Source: Botryllus schlosseri (taxonomy: Eukaryota). Taken from it: a DNA stretch of 64,000 nt. Positions 26,337 through 39,826 of the stretch are shown here, in pieces. The DNA is taken from the NCBI GenBank assembly GCA_051294905.1, contig CM119373.1:436001-500000 (forward strand), written 5' to 3'. Under the pieces are notes generated by a model. That model worked only from the letters and a program-made list of their open reading frames with translations. It had not been told where the DNA came from and searched no databases. Position numbers and translations under genes: made by a program. Numbering within the stretch: the first letter of the stretch is position 1; each line of letters starts with the position of its first letter.

Positions 26337-26537
26337 CTAGCATCGATTTTTTTAGAAAAGCCGTTCGTTCCAAATCTCGGTGTGCAATTTCCAACTTGGA
26401 AAGATAATCAGAGATTTCTGCGGGCTGGGTCCCAGTAAAGTTTCCGGCGGGGAAGTCGACTTTGCATCCTCCAACTTCAATATGTCCCGCTTCCTTGTCC
26501 ATAGTAACCGTGCTCGTTTCGCGGGGAACCTTTTTGA
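26337..26537 (-). CDS. Chimeric in-frame exon made by the duplication junction (ZU5 N-part + 3' part of exon 57277-57555); copies 45287-45487, 51283-51483
   Basis: 201 nt, phase 1-1, no stop: ...VDFPAG(N/T)FTGTQP|AEISDYLSKL...KKSML|gtaaat. Confidence 0.6.
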
Positions 26538-29220
26538 CTGCTTTGACATCGACAGAAAATTGTAATTAAGATTTTGTTGTAATATATAGTCAAGGGAGGT
26601 GCTTATCCAACTTAAGACACAGCAGGAGTGTTAGACGATGACAATTGCCAAGAGCGATCTTCGGGCTCAATCATTACTTGTTAAACAGAGGAAATCATCT
26701 TGTTTGAAATATAATATGTCGCACTTGGCAGCATCGTGAACCTGAGCGATTCGATTTTGAGTCGTGTATATTAGGCTTCGAGTCGAGTATCAATAATATG
26801 ATGTTATAAGAGTAGAAAGGATGTGGTAAGTTTTATGCTATCATAAAAACTATAGTGACTCTTCTATATCACATTTAAGCTAATTGTTGCTTTTGTGACT
26901 ATAGGTTTGCATTTAGTTTACAGTGTTTTAAACAAAGGCTTTGTTAAAAAAAAATTTAGTTATATAAATATGCCACAATTGTGTAAATACTTTCCAAGAG
27001 CATGTTGTATGAGTCTACGGACGACGATTTCCACCTGATATAGTCAACGTATACGATTTGGGATGCTTAGAATAGGGTTGCCATACGTCCGGAATTTTAC
27101 GGGCATGTCCGGAATTTCACTGTTCAAACTAGCGTCCGGGAGGAATTTCTAGAATATGCCAAATGTCCGAAATTTTGAAGACTTGACGTAGGCTCATATT
27201 TTTTTTCGTAAATCAGCATAAAAACAATATTTTGTGGGAATATTTATGCTAATGCATGATATTTTTCTTCGCGCTACGCGCGATTACTATCACATTTATT
27301 GATTTTAGTATGGAGACTACCGCCCTCGCAAAACTGCAATAAAATATAAATAAAAACAACCTTCGTTTACTGGAATAAGCCTAATTGTAATCGCACTTAT
27401 AGGTGAACGCTATGTTCCTAGAGATCGTTAAGGCCGTTTAAATGCTTTATTCAAAGATAGTGGTTCCATACGGGGGGAGGGGGTCGTTTGCCTTTATTAT
27501 GGGGTTTGCGAATATGTTGAACGTAATCAGCTTCCAAAATAGTCCGTGAGTAAGTCTGGGCAAAGGTGCTGACTTCTTTTAGTAATCAGTAGGGCGATTT
27601 TTTTTGACATGTCAAAAAAAGTAAAAATTAGGTCAAAATTGTAGCGTTAGGTCAAACTTTGTAAAAATTGTTTACAAAATCAAACATTTTTTGACCTCTA
27701 CATTTCGTTTGTATCGTAGATTTTGCGCTGTCTGTGAACTTATCATTTGATAATTTACAGCCTGTAGCCTACTTTTTTGGCCTACCGTTGTAAACGGCCC
27801 ATCGTCTGCTCATTGAGAATCATAAACGGTCAAATGAAACAAATAGTGACATGATTTTATGGTCAACGTACCGCAATATCCTAACTGAAGCAAGACTGCT
27901 TGGGCATTGCATGGTTCGTAAATCATGAAGCGCAAGCTGAAAAATTGTGATATAGACAACATTGTCAGAATGAAGCAACACGGTGCATCACCAGCAAGCA
28001 GTGTGCACACAACTTCAGTGTTGTCAGCTAACAACTGCTGCTGTTGAACGTTCTTTCTCCATTCTTGACAAGCTACTTAGTAAGAACAGACACTTTCTAC
28101 CCGAGATAGCGCAGTGGTATAATCCGCGGCTGCAACACCAATGGGTGTGGGTTCGATTCCGACCGATGTCGACTTCATAATTCCGATAGCTAAGTGTTGG
28201 AGGTTTACCTAGGCTCCGCCCCGCCACCTCATCCACGTAAGCGGTGTCTTACAAAAAAGCCTAGAGGTGGGCCGTTCTATATGTTGGCAGTTACGGAAAA
28301 TAATGAAGAATATCGGCCTGGTGTGAATGACCATAGTAGTTGAAAAACACCATGAATACCACAAAACAAACAAACAAAACAAACACTTTCTACCCGAGAA
28401 TGTAGGAAAGTATCTTTCGTTGTACTACAACAAATTTTAATTATTTCACCATAATACGTAATGTAACTATACTGCAATTCTTCATAGGGCCAGATTTCGT
28501 TAAAATACTAGTTTTTTCATGTAAAAATATGTCAGTTTTTGAGCCAAAAACGTTCTTTCAGGCCAATCTACTTTGTAGGGACAGACAGTTCCAACCAGAA
28601 ATGAAGATAAGTAGTACAATTTTAACATTATGTGCGAAAACACCTAATTTGCATACGTGAGGTCAAAATTTGGTCAAATTTCAGTTTTTTAGGTCAAAAA
28701 AGGTCAAAATTTATATTTTTTAGGTCAAAATCATCCGTTTTTTAGGTCAAAAAAATATCGCCCTAGTAATCAGCTCGTCAAATTTTGATCTGGGCCACGG
28801 AACATTTTCAAATTGGAGATGGAGTCGCGACCATAAAAGGTTGGAAACCACCGGATGTGGGGTGTTGATAAAGCTACGTGGTGCGCACCGGCATAAGGTT
28901 GATAAACAATTCTATCGATAGGACATGAACATGACTTGTGCAATTACGCTCCCTGTATTTCCGAACTCATCATCCTCCACAAGCTCTACCGCTAACTCTG
29001 ATCATGTGGGCGGAGAGTAGTATCTAGTAATATATGGAACTACTAATATTATTAACAGAATTCATTCAAATAATTTAACGACCAGATGCATATAGAAAGC
29101 AGATTCATATAACAAGCACACCCCCCCCCCCTCCCCAGAAGCTGCATCGATTGCCATATAGTAAGGGCTCAAAATCAATGTTTATTTGGGCGGGAAGGGG
29201 CTGCTGAAAACATGTGCTTT

Positions 29221-29433
29221 TGTAACGGTGTCGCTACTAGTTCTTTATACTCTTCAAGTGTAAATCAGTTCACAGCCAGACAGATACCGTAACAGTTATA
29301 TTCACGACAGTAGAAAGCGTGTACCACCCATACACAGACACAAAACAGAATATTCCAGAAGGTTGCGGTTATCTCCCGCGAACGCATTGTCTCCAGGGGT
29401 GACGTCATTGGCCATAGATGGCGCCCCGTCACA
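29221..29433 (-). repeat. 3' LTR
   Basis: 2 mismatches seen against the 5' LTR; preceded on the minus strand by polypurine tract GGAGGGGGGTATA (29434-29446). Confidence 0.95.
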
Positions 29434-29600
29434 TATACCCCCCTCCAAATTTTTTCGAATGGTACATGAGAAAATATCTACCTCAAAGCAAAAAGCAACG
29501 ACACACAAAAAATAATACGGCATAAAAGCCCAAAAAGGAACGAACATACAAAGGGTTAGGACAACTGATTGTGAAAATCAACGACAATGATGAAAATATG

Positions 29601-32600
29601 TCATGTTATGTAGTCTTGCAGACGACCAGGTCTGTTGATCTGTCGGCCAGCACGAGTGGTGGTTGGCGTCGTATCGTCAGCAGCAGGATCTGATGTAGAG
29701 GGCGATGATTCCCGCGTCTCCAGCAGATAAGGTCTGATATAATCAGCATGCGAAAGTCTGCACTGCCCATTGTCCAAGTTCTCGATTCGGTACAGGTATG
29801 GCGATTTCACTTCAATGACCTTGAATGGTCCAACCCACCCATTGGACAACTTCTTCACCAAGGGTTTATAGAAGAACCAGACTAAATCGCCGACACAGTA
29901 TGTGGCTGGTTTAACAGAGAGGTTAAAGTTGCGCTCCTGTTTCTCAGCAGATCTCGATAGCTGCTGTCTTGCAAACGTAAAGGCATCAGATGTTGTTGAT
30001 TCGACCCATTGTACATATTCATGATAATACTCGAACGACAGTTCGTTAGATGGTTTTCCAAACATCAAGTCTGTGGGAAGGGAAATTTCTCTCCCAAACA
30101 TGAGTCGGTTGGGCGTGTACCCTGTACTCTCATGAACAGTGGATTTGTATGCCATCAACAGATAAGGGATGTAGTCCTCCCAATCATTGCGATTTCCATT
30201 CCCCACAAACGTTTTTATCATTTTTTGCAAAGTCCCATTAAATTTCTCGACCAGACCATCACTACGTGGATGGTAAGATGTTGTTCGAGTCTTGTCAATT
30301 TCGAACAATTTCATGAGATGACGAAACAGCTCAGATTCAAATGCGGATCCACGATCAGAATGAATGGTGAATGGAACACCATATCTCGTGAAAAATTGAT
30401 TGACCAGCGCCTCCGCAGTAGTTACGGCTTTAACATCTTTGACAGGGTATGCTTCCACAAATTTACTAAAATAGTCCGTAACACATAATATAAACTCATT
30501 TCCGTTCTCAGACAATGGTAATGGTCCAATGTGATCAATGCCCGCTCTATCCATGATTTCCGCACATGGCATTTTTCGCAAGTAGGCTTGATGTTGTCGT
30601 AATGGCGTTTTTGCAGCAAAGCACGGTTTACATAATCTGGTCCAATCAGCAATTTGTCGATGCATGTTAGGCCAGTAAAATCTTGACTGAATTTTTTTGT
30701 AAGTTTTCTCCTTGCCAAGATGGCCGCCTGTTCTCGATTCATGGAGTAACCGGTAGACATCCTTACGCAAGCTCGATGGCATCACAATTTGAAAGAGCTC
30801 AACATTGCCCGGTATTTGTGACAAAAATTCTCGGTGCAAGACGTCATCCAAAACTCTCAAGACATCCCATTGCATACATAGGGTGCGGACATCCCTTGGA
30901 TATGGTAAAAGTTCAGTGCCTTTAGGAGCATGATCTCTAGTCTCGTTCCAGTTCAGCACGACCGATATGCACTCATCCTCCATCTGCAGCTCTCTAAGTT
31001 GACTTGGACTATATGATTCCAGCCAGGAGCACATTCTTTCATCAGTTCCGCTCTCAGGAGCTGGTTGAATAGCAGTCACTTCCAATCCGGGTAGGAAACA
31101 GGTTGGTTCAATGTCCGGCTTGTCGCCGCATGTAGCACAGCAATCCCTTTCACATTTACGTCTGATGCGGGAAAGTCCATCTGCGTTGCCATGCTTTGCC
31201 CCCGCTCTATGTTCAATTTTGAAGTTGAACATAGGCTATCTAACATGCTGACCCATCTCGCCGTAATGCCTTCTAGGTTCCGGAAGTTATACAACCACTG
31301 TAAAGAACTGTGATCCACTCTCAGTCGGAATGGCCTTCCCCACAAATAAGACCTGAAATGATTCACGGCCCACTGTACAGCATATAATTCCTGGAAGGTG
31401 GCACAATATCGTCTCTGTTGCTTGTTTAGCGTCTTGCTGGCATATGCAATCACCTTTTCTTCATTTTCCTGTACTTGGGAGAGGACTGCTCCTGCACCAA
31501 AGCCAGAGCAATCAGTATCGAGAACAAACTCTCCTGCAGTCTCAAGCGGATAAGCCAATATTGGTGTACTTGTTAATTTTTGTTTCAGAGACCGGAATGC
31601 CACCTGGCAATCATCGGACCATTCAAAGGTAGCCTTCTTCCGAGTGAGTTTCACCAATGGCTCTGCAATGGTTGAAAACTGGTCAATAAATCTTCGATAA
31701 TAGTTTGCCGTGCCGAGGAATGCTTGAACGTCCTTGAGATTTTTCGGCACTGGCCAATCCTTCACAGCAGAAACTTTGTCATCACTGCACTTGAGACCAT
31801 CTGGGCAAATCACATGTCCCAGGTACTCTACCTCCTGGTAAAACAGTTTGCATTTTTTAGGCTTAAGCTTAAGACCAGCGTCACGAATTCGCTTGAAAAC
31901 ATCTTCCAGATTGCAGAGTGTTTGGTCAAAGTTCTCCCCATACGCCAAAATGTCGTCCATGAAGGCAAGGCATTTCTTCCACAAGAGTCCATCAAGTAAC
32001 TTCTCCATCATTGCCATGAACGTGGCAGGCGCATTACACAAGCCAAAGCAAAGGACTGTCCATCGAAATTGCGAATGCAGTTTTGTCTCGGTCACTTGGA
32101 TTCAGGGGAACTTGCCAAAAACCGGATTCAAGATCCAGAGAACAATACCATTTTGCCCCACCCAGAGAATCCAGGATATCGTCAATGCGGGGCAGAGGAT
32201 GGGCATCCTTTACCGTGATTGTATTCAATTTCCGGAAGTCGGTGCAGAAACGGTACGTGTTATCCCGCTTTGGAACCAGAACAATCGGCGCGTTGTACGG
32301 GCTTTGGGCCTTCTCGATAACGCCCAGTTTTTCCATCTTTTCAATCTGCTCACCCACAATTTCTCGTGCCCTCCAACTCAAACGTCGCGGAGGCACTTTA
32401 ACTGGTACGGTAGAAGATAGCTCAATTTTGTGCTCAATCAAAGTGGTATATCCCAATTTTCCATCAGGCCCCGTGAATATATCCTGATACTTGATGAGAA
32501 GATCTCTTAACTGTTGTCGCTGTTGTACATTCAAGTGGTCTGGTTCTTCTACGGGGTGTCGGAGATGGTCCGGCAGATCCAAGCACGGTTCAACTTCCAC

Positions 32601-33233
32601 GGTGTCAGGCGCCGCCACAGACCCACAAATCGTAAGGGGCACTAAAGAGCCTACTCGTTCCCCAGCGGGGATTACAATATCATTTTGAGATAGGTTTATC
32701 AACATCACAGGCACCTCATTACATGTAGGATCGACCAAACCGGACAACACACGCAAACCACGATTACCATACTGGCTCTCAAACACAGGCGAAGATTCAA
32801 CCACACCACATTGTGAAATTGACGGCAACCAAGGCCCACTCACTGCACCCATGACAGCTCTTTCACTCCACTTAGGAACTATTATCTGTTTCGGAGTTAT
32901 AACACCACAACAGGACACCGACACCTGTTGCAATATAACATTTTGGCCATGCAAACTCATCATTCCTTTACCCATGTACAGAACAGCATCATGCTTCTCC
33001 ATAGAATCACACCCTAGCAAGCCATATGGCGCACCCAGACGAGCAATCACAACCTCTTGTTGTGCACAAAAATCACCAATACGTAGGGTCAACACCACTG
33101 TGCCATATAGCTCCAAGGGGCCACCAGAAGCAGTAACAAATGGGATATCACATGGTTTCAAATCAGTTATATCATACAGTCGAGTGTACAAATCATAGTC
33201 TAGGAAGGTACGGGGACTGCCTGAGTCTACCAT
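29601..33233 (-). pseudogene. pol: pol (PR-RT-RNaseH-IN) with two frameshifts
   Basis: VDSGS protease; LDLESGFWQ, FGLCNAPATF, FMDD (RT); DTDCS, DHSSL (RNase H); HHCC, D,D35E and GPF (IN); frame breaks near 32070 and 31235. Confidence 0.92.
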
Positions 33234-34365
33234 CTCTATTTCTATTGGGGCACGAAACTAGAAGGTGACCCAACTGGCCACAGTTAGCACAATGGGAGTT
33301 TGGGCAATTTCTGTGAATGTGTCCAGTCATTCCACAGTTATGACAAGGTCCATACCCAAACGTTACTCTTCTTCGATAGGGAGGGCTTCTAGGCCTACTC
33401 ATCGGTGGTTGATTTCTGGCAGTCACTAGGTTGCTAACCAGGTCAATCAGCTTGTCAATTTTTGATTCCATCTCATTATCACACTTGCCTACTGCAAGAC
33501 GTTCAGCGCCATTTTTTGGTTGTAGACCTACAGGAGCCACAACTGGTTTACTAGTTTCGAACAATTGACTGTCAGGCGGTCCATCAACAGAGAAATACAA
33601 ATCCGCAGAAGCAACTAGTTCATCTAGGTTACTTGTTTTCATCAACGTTAGCTGTCGGCGAAGGTTAATATCACCAAGACCATTAATAAACTGTTGACAC
33701 ACAAACTCATCACGAGCTGCAGAATTCATACGTGGAAAAGCCTTCAAGCTAAGCGTAGCCAGAACTGATGCGAATTCTGTTGGGGATTCTCCTAATTTAA
33801 TTTTACGTTTGTTAAATTCAGTACGGCTCAAGGTTTCCATACCCCATGGAATGTAGCGCTTCTGCAATTGGGCAATTACACGATTAATATCCCGACGGCA
33901 ATCAGCCGACATTTGTGAAAGCACTTGCAAAGCGTTACCACGTAAGCTAGCATTAAGCCTAGCACAAGCAGTTTGTTCGTCCCATCCGTTGGCCAATGTC
34001 ACCGCATCAAAATGACATAAATAATCACCAATGGGCATATTCACACCATCAAATGGTTCCAGTTTAATAACACCAACAGCAGGTTTGGGCATGCTATGAC
34101 TAGATGGAGTGGGGTGTACAGAATTGCTACCAGTAACACGCACTTTATCATTTACATACTGTAGTTCTGGAGACATCACACCAGTTTTACTGTCAGTCAT
34201 ATCAACAAACTCCCCCATGTCACCATTATCATTACTGTCAAACACACATCCACTCGTATTCGGGGCTGCAGACATACTCTCACCTCCCAAACTTTGTACA
34301 ATGGTTAATACACGACTGAGGGTACTGTTTTGGGCATCCACCATATCGTCGATCCGGCGATGGAC
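33193..34365 (-). pseudogene. gag: gag main body with two CCHC knuckles, interrupted at the 5' end
   Basis: LEPFDG..IGDYLCHFDAVTLANGW; CHNCGMTGHIHRNC and CANCGQLGHLLVSC. Confidence 0.9.
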
Positions 34366-36368
34366 CAGTGATGAGCGGATGTGGATTTTTGAGAATCCGA
34401 ATCCGTCCGACAGTTTTTGTGTCTGCGGAACTATCCGTCCGACTCCGAAGAATCTCATCCAACTATCCGACTTTATCCGAAAATCTCGTACAAGAATCCG
34501 AAAAATCCTTATCGAATAATGATATCGCAGAATATCAATTGTACAGCTGAGCTTAGATACAGTTCTGCACTAAAAGACCACGAATTGTATATATGGAATG
34601 AACAAAAACAAACAGAACAAAAATTGGAATTTTAATTATAGGAACGTTAACGCGAAGAAACAACGCTACTAATTTCAAGTAAGTGCGCAAATAAAAGTGG
34701 TATCTCGGATCAAAAAAAATTAAAAAGGACAGATTATTAGGCCATGGCCATTGGCCGTGTATAACAATCAGGCATTTAACCATATTACCCAATATCAAGA
34801 AGTGATAATAGCAAGTTGTAACCGTGGAATTTTACAATCTCAGATGGTCAATATTGGATGCAGATAATCCGCATTTTGCCCACAAATGCTAAAATATGTG
34901 AAGGCCTGTTCAGTAGAAACTTGCTGATGCTTATAATACCTTTGGTCAATCAGTTCAAAGTTTTGAGCACGATGCTTATAGTTGAGTCACACAAAATGTA
35001 AATAATAGCACCATCCTGAATGTCCCTCAATAGCTGTTCAAATTTCCTCTCCAGTGACCAATAGCAGGTCAGTAGTTGTCTTGCCGACTTGTATATTAGA
35101 AGAGAAGAAACTATCTCCAACTGTGCTGCATCCTTGGCCTTTCGGATATGATTTGTAAGGTGCATCGGACCACTTGAAAAGTTGTTGTGTTTGACTTGAA
35201 CATATAGCAGAGGCAGTATCCCATGAACAGACCATTGGTTGAAAAAAAAACTAACAGCTTTTGTTTATATAGCTCAGTGGTTCTAGATGATTGATTCCGT
35301 CAATCATATTGGAGAAAATATAGCTGCTGAAGGAAGGGAAGTGTATGCGGGAGTTGAATAGGTTTGGGTTTCGTTGTAACAGTATATAGGAATTCTGGAT
35401 TTCATAGCCTTGTTATATGTTATTAGTTAACCTTAGTAAGGTATGCATGTATCTTGAATGATTTCAAAGAGGACGATAGGCTACTGTATAGTCGAGGCAT
35501 CGTTATAATTATCATAGCCTACATTTTATCTGTGTACATATCTTTTTATATAACTTTCTATATAATTTTCTGACTGCTGAAAGTTACTTGTATATGTTTG
35601 TATGCATATTCCTATTTGATTGGTCGGGCTACAAGTGTGTGGGTACGGTAGCTGCTAACTCGACGTGCCAAGCTGACGCAAAGTCCAAGTTCACACTGGG
35701 AATACCTTCTCACAAAATGAAGTTATTACATTGTTGAACGTCATCTGGATTAATTCCGTTATGATCATGAACTGCCGGAAGACTCATGGTAGATAAAGAT
35801 GGTGCCATAGCACAAGCACCGATGTATAGTGCTGAATACAACTACTGTGGTAGCATAAAAATCAGTCATGCAACAAAGTACGCAAAGAGGGATATATCTT
35901 ATATTTATCTACATAAGACTGCTGCAACAACTACTTTGAGGATTCTGGAGATTGTATGCCCTATTATGACATTCGTCAGCAATGGGTTCAAAAACTGCAT
36001 GTCAAGGTGGAAAGCAAATGCAGTTCTGCGACCGATGTTGAAACAAAACCTTCAATTTTGTGAGCTTCAGAAACTGCTCTGCGAGAATACTGTACTGACG
36101 ATAACTATGTCAGGAGAGCTCATGTCTAATCATAGCAATTTACAGCGTAGCTGGCATGGAGAGTTCCATCTGAATACGATCGATGTTGTGGTTAACAGCG
36201 ACACCTATCGCTAACGTAATACTTTTTCGTCGTCACCCGCCAGAACAGAGATGTAAACAGTAGCCGTAGTAACTAGTAACGCTAACTTTCTATACCTGTG
36301 GAACTGTGGATTCTGTGTACTTATATCCAGTTATAGTTGGACGTTGGTACTACAACATAGTCCCAACT

Positions 36369-39300
36369 ATGAGCTCCAATGCCAAACTTTATAAAAGCAG
36401 AGGCGGAACGTACTGCTGTATTCCTGAATGCACAAGCTCAAGTACAAAAGGCGGGTTCAGCCTGTACAAAATCCCTACTAGTTCTGGAAAGCAGTTTGGA
36501 GTGAGCACAAAGCAATGGGCGGAGGAGCTTCACCAGGTAAGATATCTATAGTAAAGAAATGTTATGAAAATGGCATCCCCATAATGTTGGATAATATAGC
36601 TCTTACAAAGAACACTGAATCGCGGGATTTTGACAGAAATATCCCAACTTGTGTCAGTCTCAAAATTTTGATTTTACAGGTAATCTTCAGATATCGATAT
36701 GATGCAAATTTCAACATAAAGGTGAAATCAGGAAAAGCATATATATGCTCAAGACACTTCCAAGATTGCGATATTCAGCATTCAAGTTGCCGCTCTTTTC
36801 TTAAGATGGGAGTGCTTCCAATTTTAAATTTACCAATGAAATCTCATCCCTCCAAAATTCCCGAAAAAAGACGACTCATTCAAAAAGTTTGTGACAAAAC
36901 AACCAAGGAAAAAAGGACATCAATTTCAACAATCGATGGCATTTTGGATTCCTGGAGAACACTTCAACTAAATGGTTGGCGTTGCTTTCAAGCTTCTGAT
37001 TACTTGCTTCACCTAAGCTATTACGAAAATCCCTTCCTGCATTCGACCCCTGACGTTAGTCTCCTCGTCACAGAGAAGGACGAATGTCTTCAATTATCTG
37101 TTGCATTTGCTGGGGAGTATGCAATGCAATTATCAACCGAATTAGAATTTGGGACTAAAAGTTTAGAGGATATGCTGCAGTTTCTTCAAACAATGAAAGT
37201 CTGTGAAGGCTATGAATCTGTTCCCAACAATGGAGGTTGGATTGAAAAGAAAGTTCCTCATATGCGTGAGGGTAGATTGGGTTATACCAGAAGGTAAGCA
37301 ATGTTTTCTGCCACAGTTTAGCCCAATCCACAACATTTGCATTCTAGATTTTTCAGTGATGATTGCCAAGTCGCCTATTATAGGAAATCGTTGGTATGCC
37401 AAACATGTATGATGCACCATGTGGAGTGCATTAACAGTTTGCAGCGCAGATTGGAACGCAAAGAACGAACTGAAGATCTTCCCTTAGAGAAGACAGCTCC
37501 TTTATCAAAGTGCACTAAAGAGAGGCTGAAATGTACTGTTAGCTCACATCGCACGAGGTATTCATTCTTACAAATATCAGCATAAATTAGCAAATGCTAT
37601 GTTTGAAACTACCCTATGTAATCTTAGAATCCGTCAGTTAGAAAAAGAGTCGAAGGATCATGGTGTTACAGTATCACACGCTTTTGAGAATTTAATAGCC
37701 AAAGTATCAGATGAGGATAATCTACTTCGTGACTGGTGGACATGTCAAAAACGGTTACATGAGACTAAGAGCATCCATGGGAGACGTTATGCTCCTTCTG
37801 TAATAAGGTAGGAACATCACCCAGTATTATGTATCAGGGGAGTGAACTATATTTCGTAAATTTGCTACAGATATTGCTTGAAACTTTATGCGAAGTCTCC
37901 ATCTGCCTACCGGCTAACTCAGAACATTATGATCCTACCCAGTGCTCGTACGCTTCGCAACGAAAGGGTTAAAGCAGTTAACAGGTGCAGCATTGGAGTA
38001 CAGTCAGGTGTTACCAAAAGGATTCGTAACGCAGTCAAAGCTACAGAAAATTATCATGAACAGTTTGCTGTGGTTTGCATTGACGAAATGACCATAAAAG
38101 GCAGGATAGTTTTGGTGTATTCATGTATAGAAGGGAATTTATTCTAATTTTATCTCTATAGAGGATCTTGTGTTTCAGTCAAGAAATGGAAAAGTTATTG
38201 GTTTTGTAGATTATGACAGTGATGATCTTAATTGCTTGTCTTCATCATCATCCAAGGTTGCGACTCACATGCTCGCTGTTTATATCCGAGGTAAAGTGCT
38301 CCTAAAACTTTTACAATTCTTTTACTATCTCGTTCTTATTTAACACAGGAGTTACAAATAAAAAACTGGACGGTGTAGTTGCATTCTACCCAACGAGCGG
38401 TGCTTCGTCAGAAGATCTATTCATGGTCCTTTGCCATTTGCTAGTGGAAATTCCTTATCAAACGGGTGTAACCATTGTTGGTGTAGTGTGTAAGATTTAT
38501 AATTGATATCATGTCATAGTTACTTTAACATGTACATGTACATGCTGGTCATCTACAAACGCCATAAATTATGCAATTCGTAGCTTTTTTCACAACTGCA
38601 CTATTTCAGTTGATGGTCTTGCGGCAAATCGTGCAGTATTGAAGTTGCTGTGCAACGTTGAGGAAAATGGAGAAACAGTATAGGATGACGAACCCAGTGG
38701 AACCTACACGGTGAGAGCCGTGTGTTCAATGTCATAATTGACAGAGAGTTGTTGATAATAATACATTATTTTTCAGGTTCATTTACTTTGTTCCAGATCC
38801 TCCACATCTTTTAAAAACGGCACGAAACAATTTACTTAATCCCAAGAAATGCATGTGGAACAATGGACACATTACAATGCAGCCAATCAAAGATTTAGTG
38901 AGGGTAGACTAGTGCATTATAATATTTTGTAGGATATGTTTATCCTATATGTTCATGCAGAAGGATATTGCGCGTGGCGACTTGAGATTTTACCCACAGC
39001 TGACAGAATCGCATATATCACCAACTCCGTGGGAGAAAATGAATGTTCGTCTAGCTGCGCAAACTCTTTCCTTCACATTAGGTAACTATAATATGACTTT
39101 TATGAAACATAACAAATTCAATGTTATAATCTGAGGAGCACGCTGTGAATTAACTGATCATTCTGAGCACCAAGATTGAATACATCAGAAATTTTGCTAT
39201 TTCCTATAGGCTTATGGTGGAACTGTACCCAATTTCTTTTAGGTTCTGCATTGAGTGAGGCATCACCTGCATTGTCGAAGTTTCTCTTTACTATGGACAA

Positions 39301-39721
39301 GTGGTTTGATTCAATGAATGCTGGATTCCAAGGATCCAAATTCAAACCACAGCGCCGGCCATATTATTCAGTTAACGATGACCGTTTGATTTGGCTTGAA
39401 CAAGAATTCCTAACTTACCTAAATGATTGGCGGGTTCAGGCTGAAACAAGACCCCTAATGGGTGATGTGAATCGATCCTTAATGATGCTGAGCACTGCGA
39501 CTGAACAAGGTTTACAAACTGCCACTAAATCCATGATTGCCATTGTAAGAGAGTGTTTGAGGATGGGGGCTGATTATGTACTGCCCCGCAGAGTCAACCA
39601 AGACCCGCTCGAATCTTATTTCGGTCATCAGAGACAGCAATGTGCACGAACAGACGCACCTTCTGTGGCACTATTTAGTGCCAATGCCCGATCAGCTGAG
39701 GTGTTGCGTGGGGCTTATTGA
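36369..39721 (+). CDS. THAP + P-type DDE transposase, 11 predicted exons, ~830 aa, one +1 frameshift in exon 8
   Basis: Exons 36369-36536, 36680-37293, 37348-37557, 37628-37807, 37871-38100, 38162-38290, 38349-38489, 38610-38710, 38777-38903, 38961-39081, 39243-39721; THAP CCIPEC..W..CSRHF; IDEM, FDG, DPPH, KMNVRLAAQ, QDPLE motifs; AATAAA at 39739. Confidence 0.88.
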
Positions 39722-39826
39722 TTTGAGTTCAAGTTTACAATAAATTCAACAGAGAAGAAATTGTTATTTTATTGTAAAGAGAGTTACGAGATGTCGAAAC
39801 AGGCACTTGAAACTTATTAATGAAAT

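Noticed and set aside
30009..33198. Plus-strand ORFs overlapping pol
   Set aside because: Antisense shadows with no recognisable motifs
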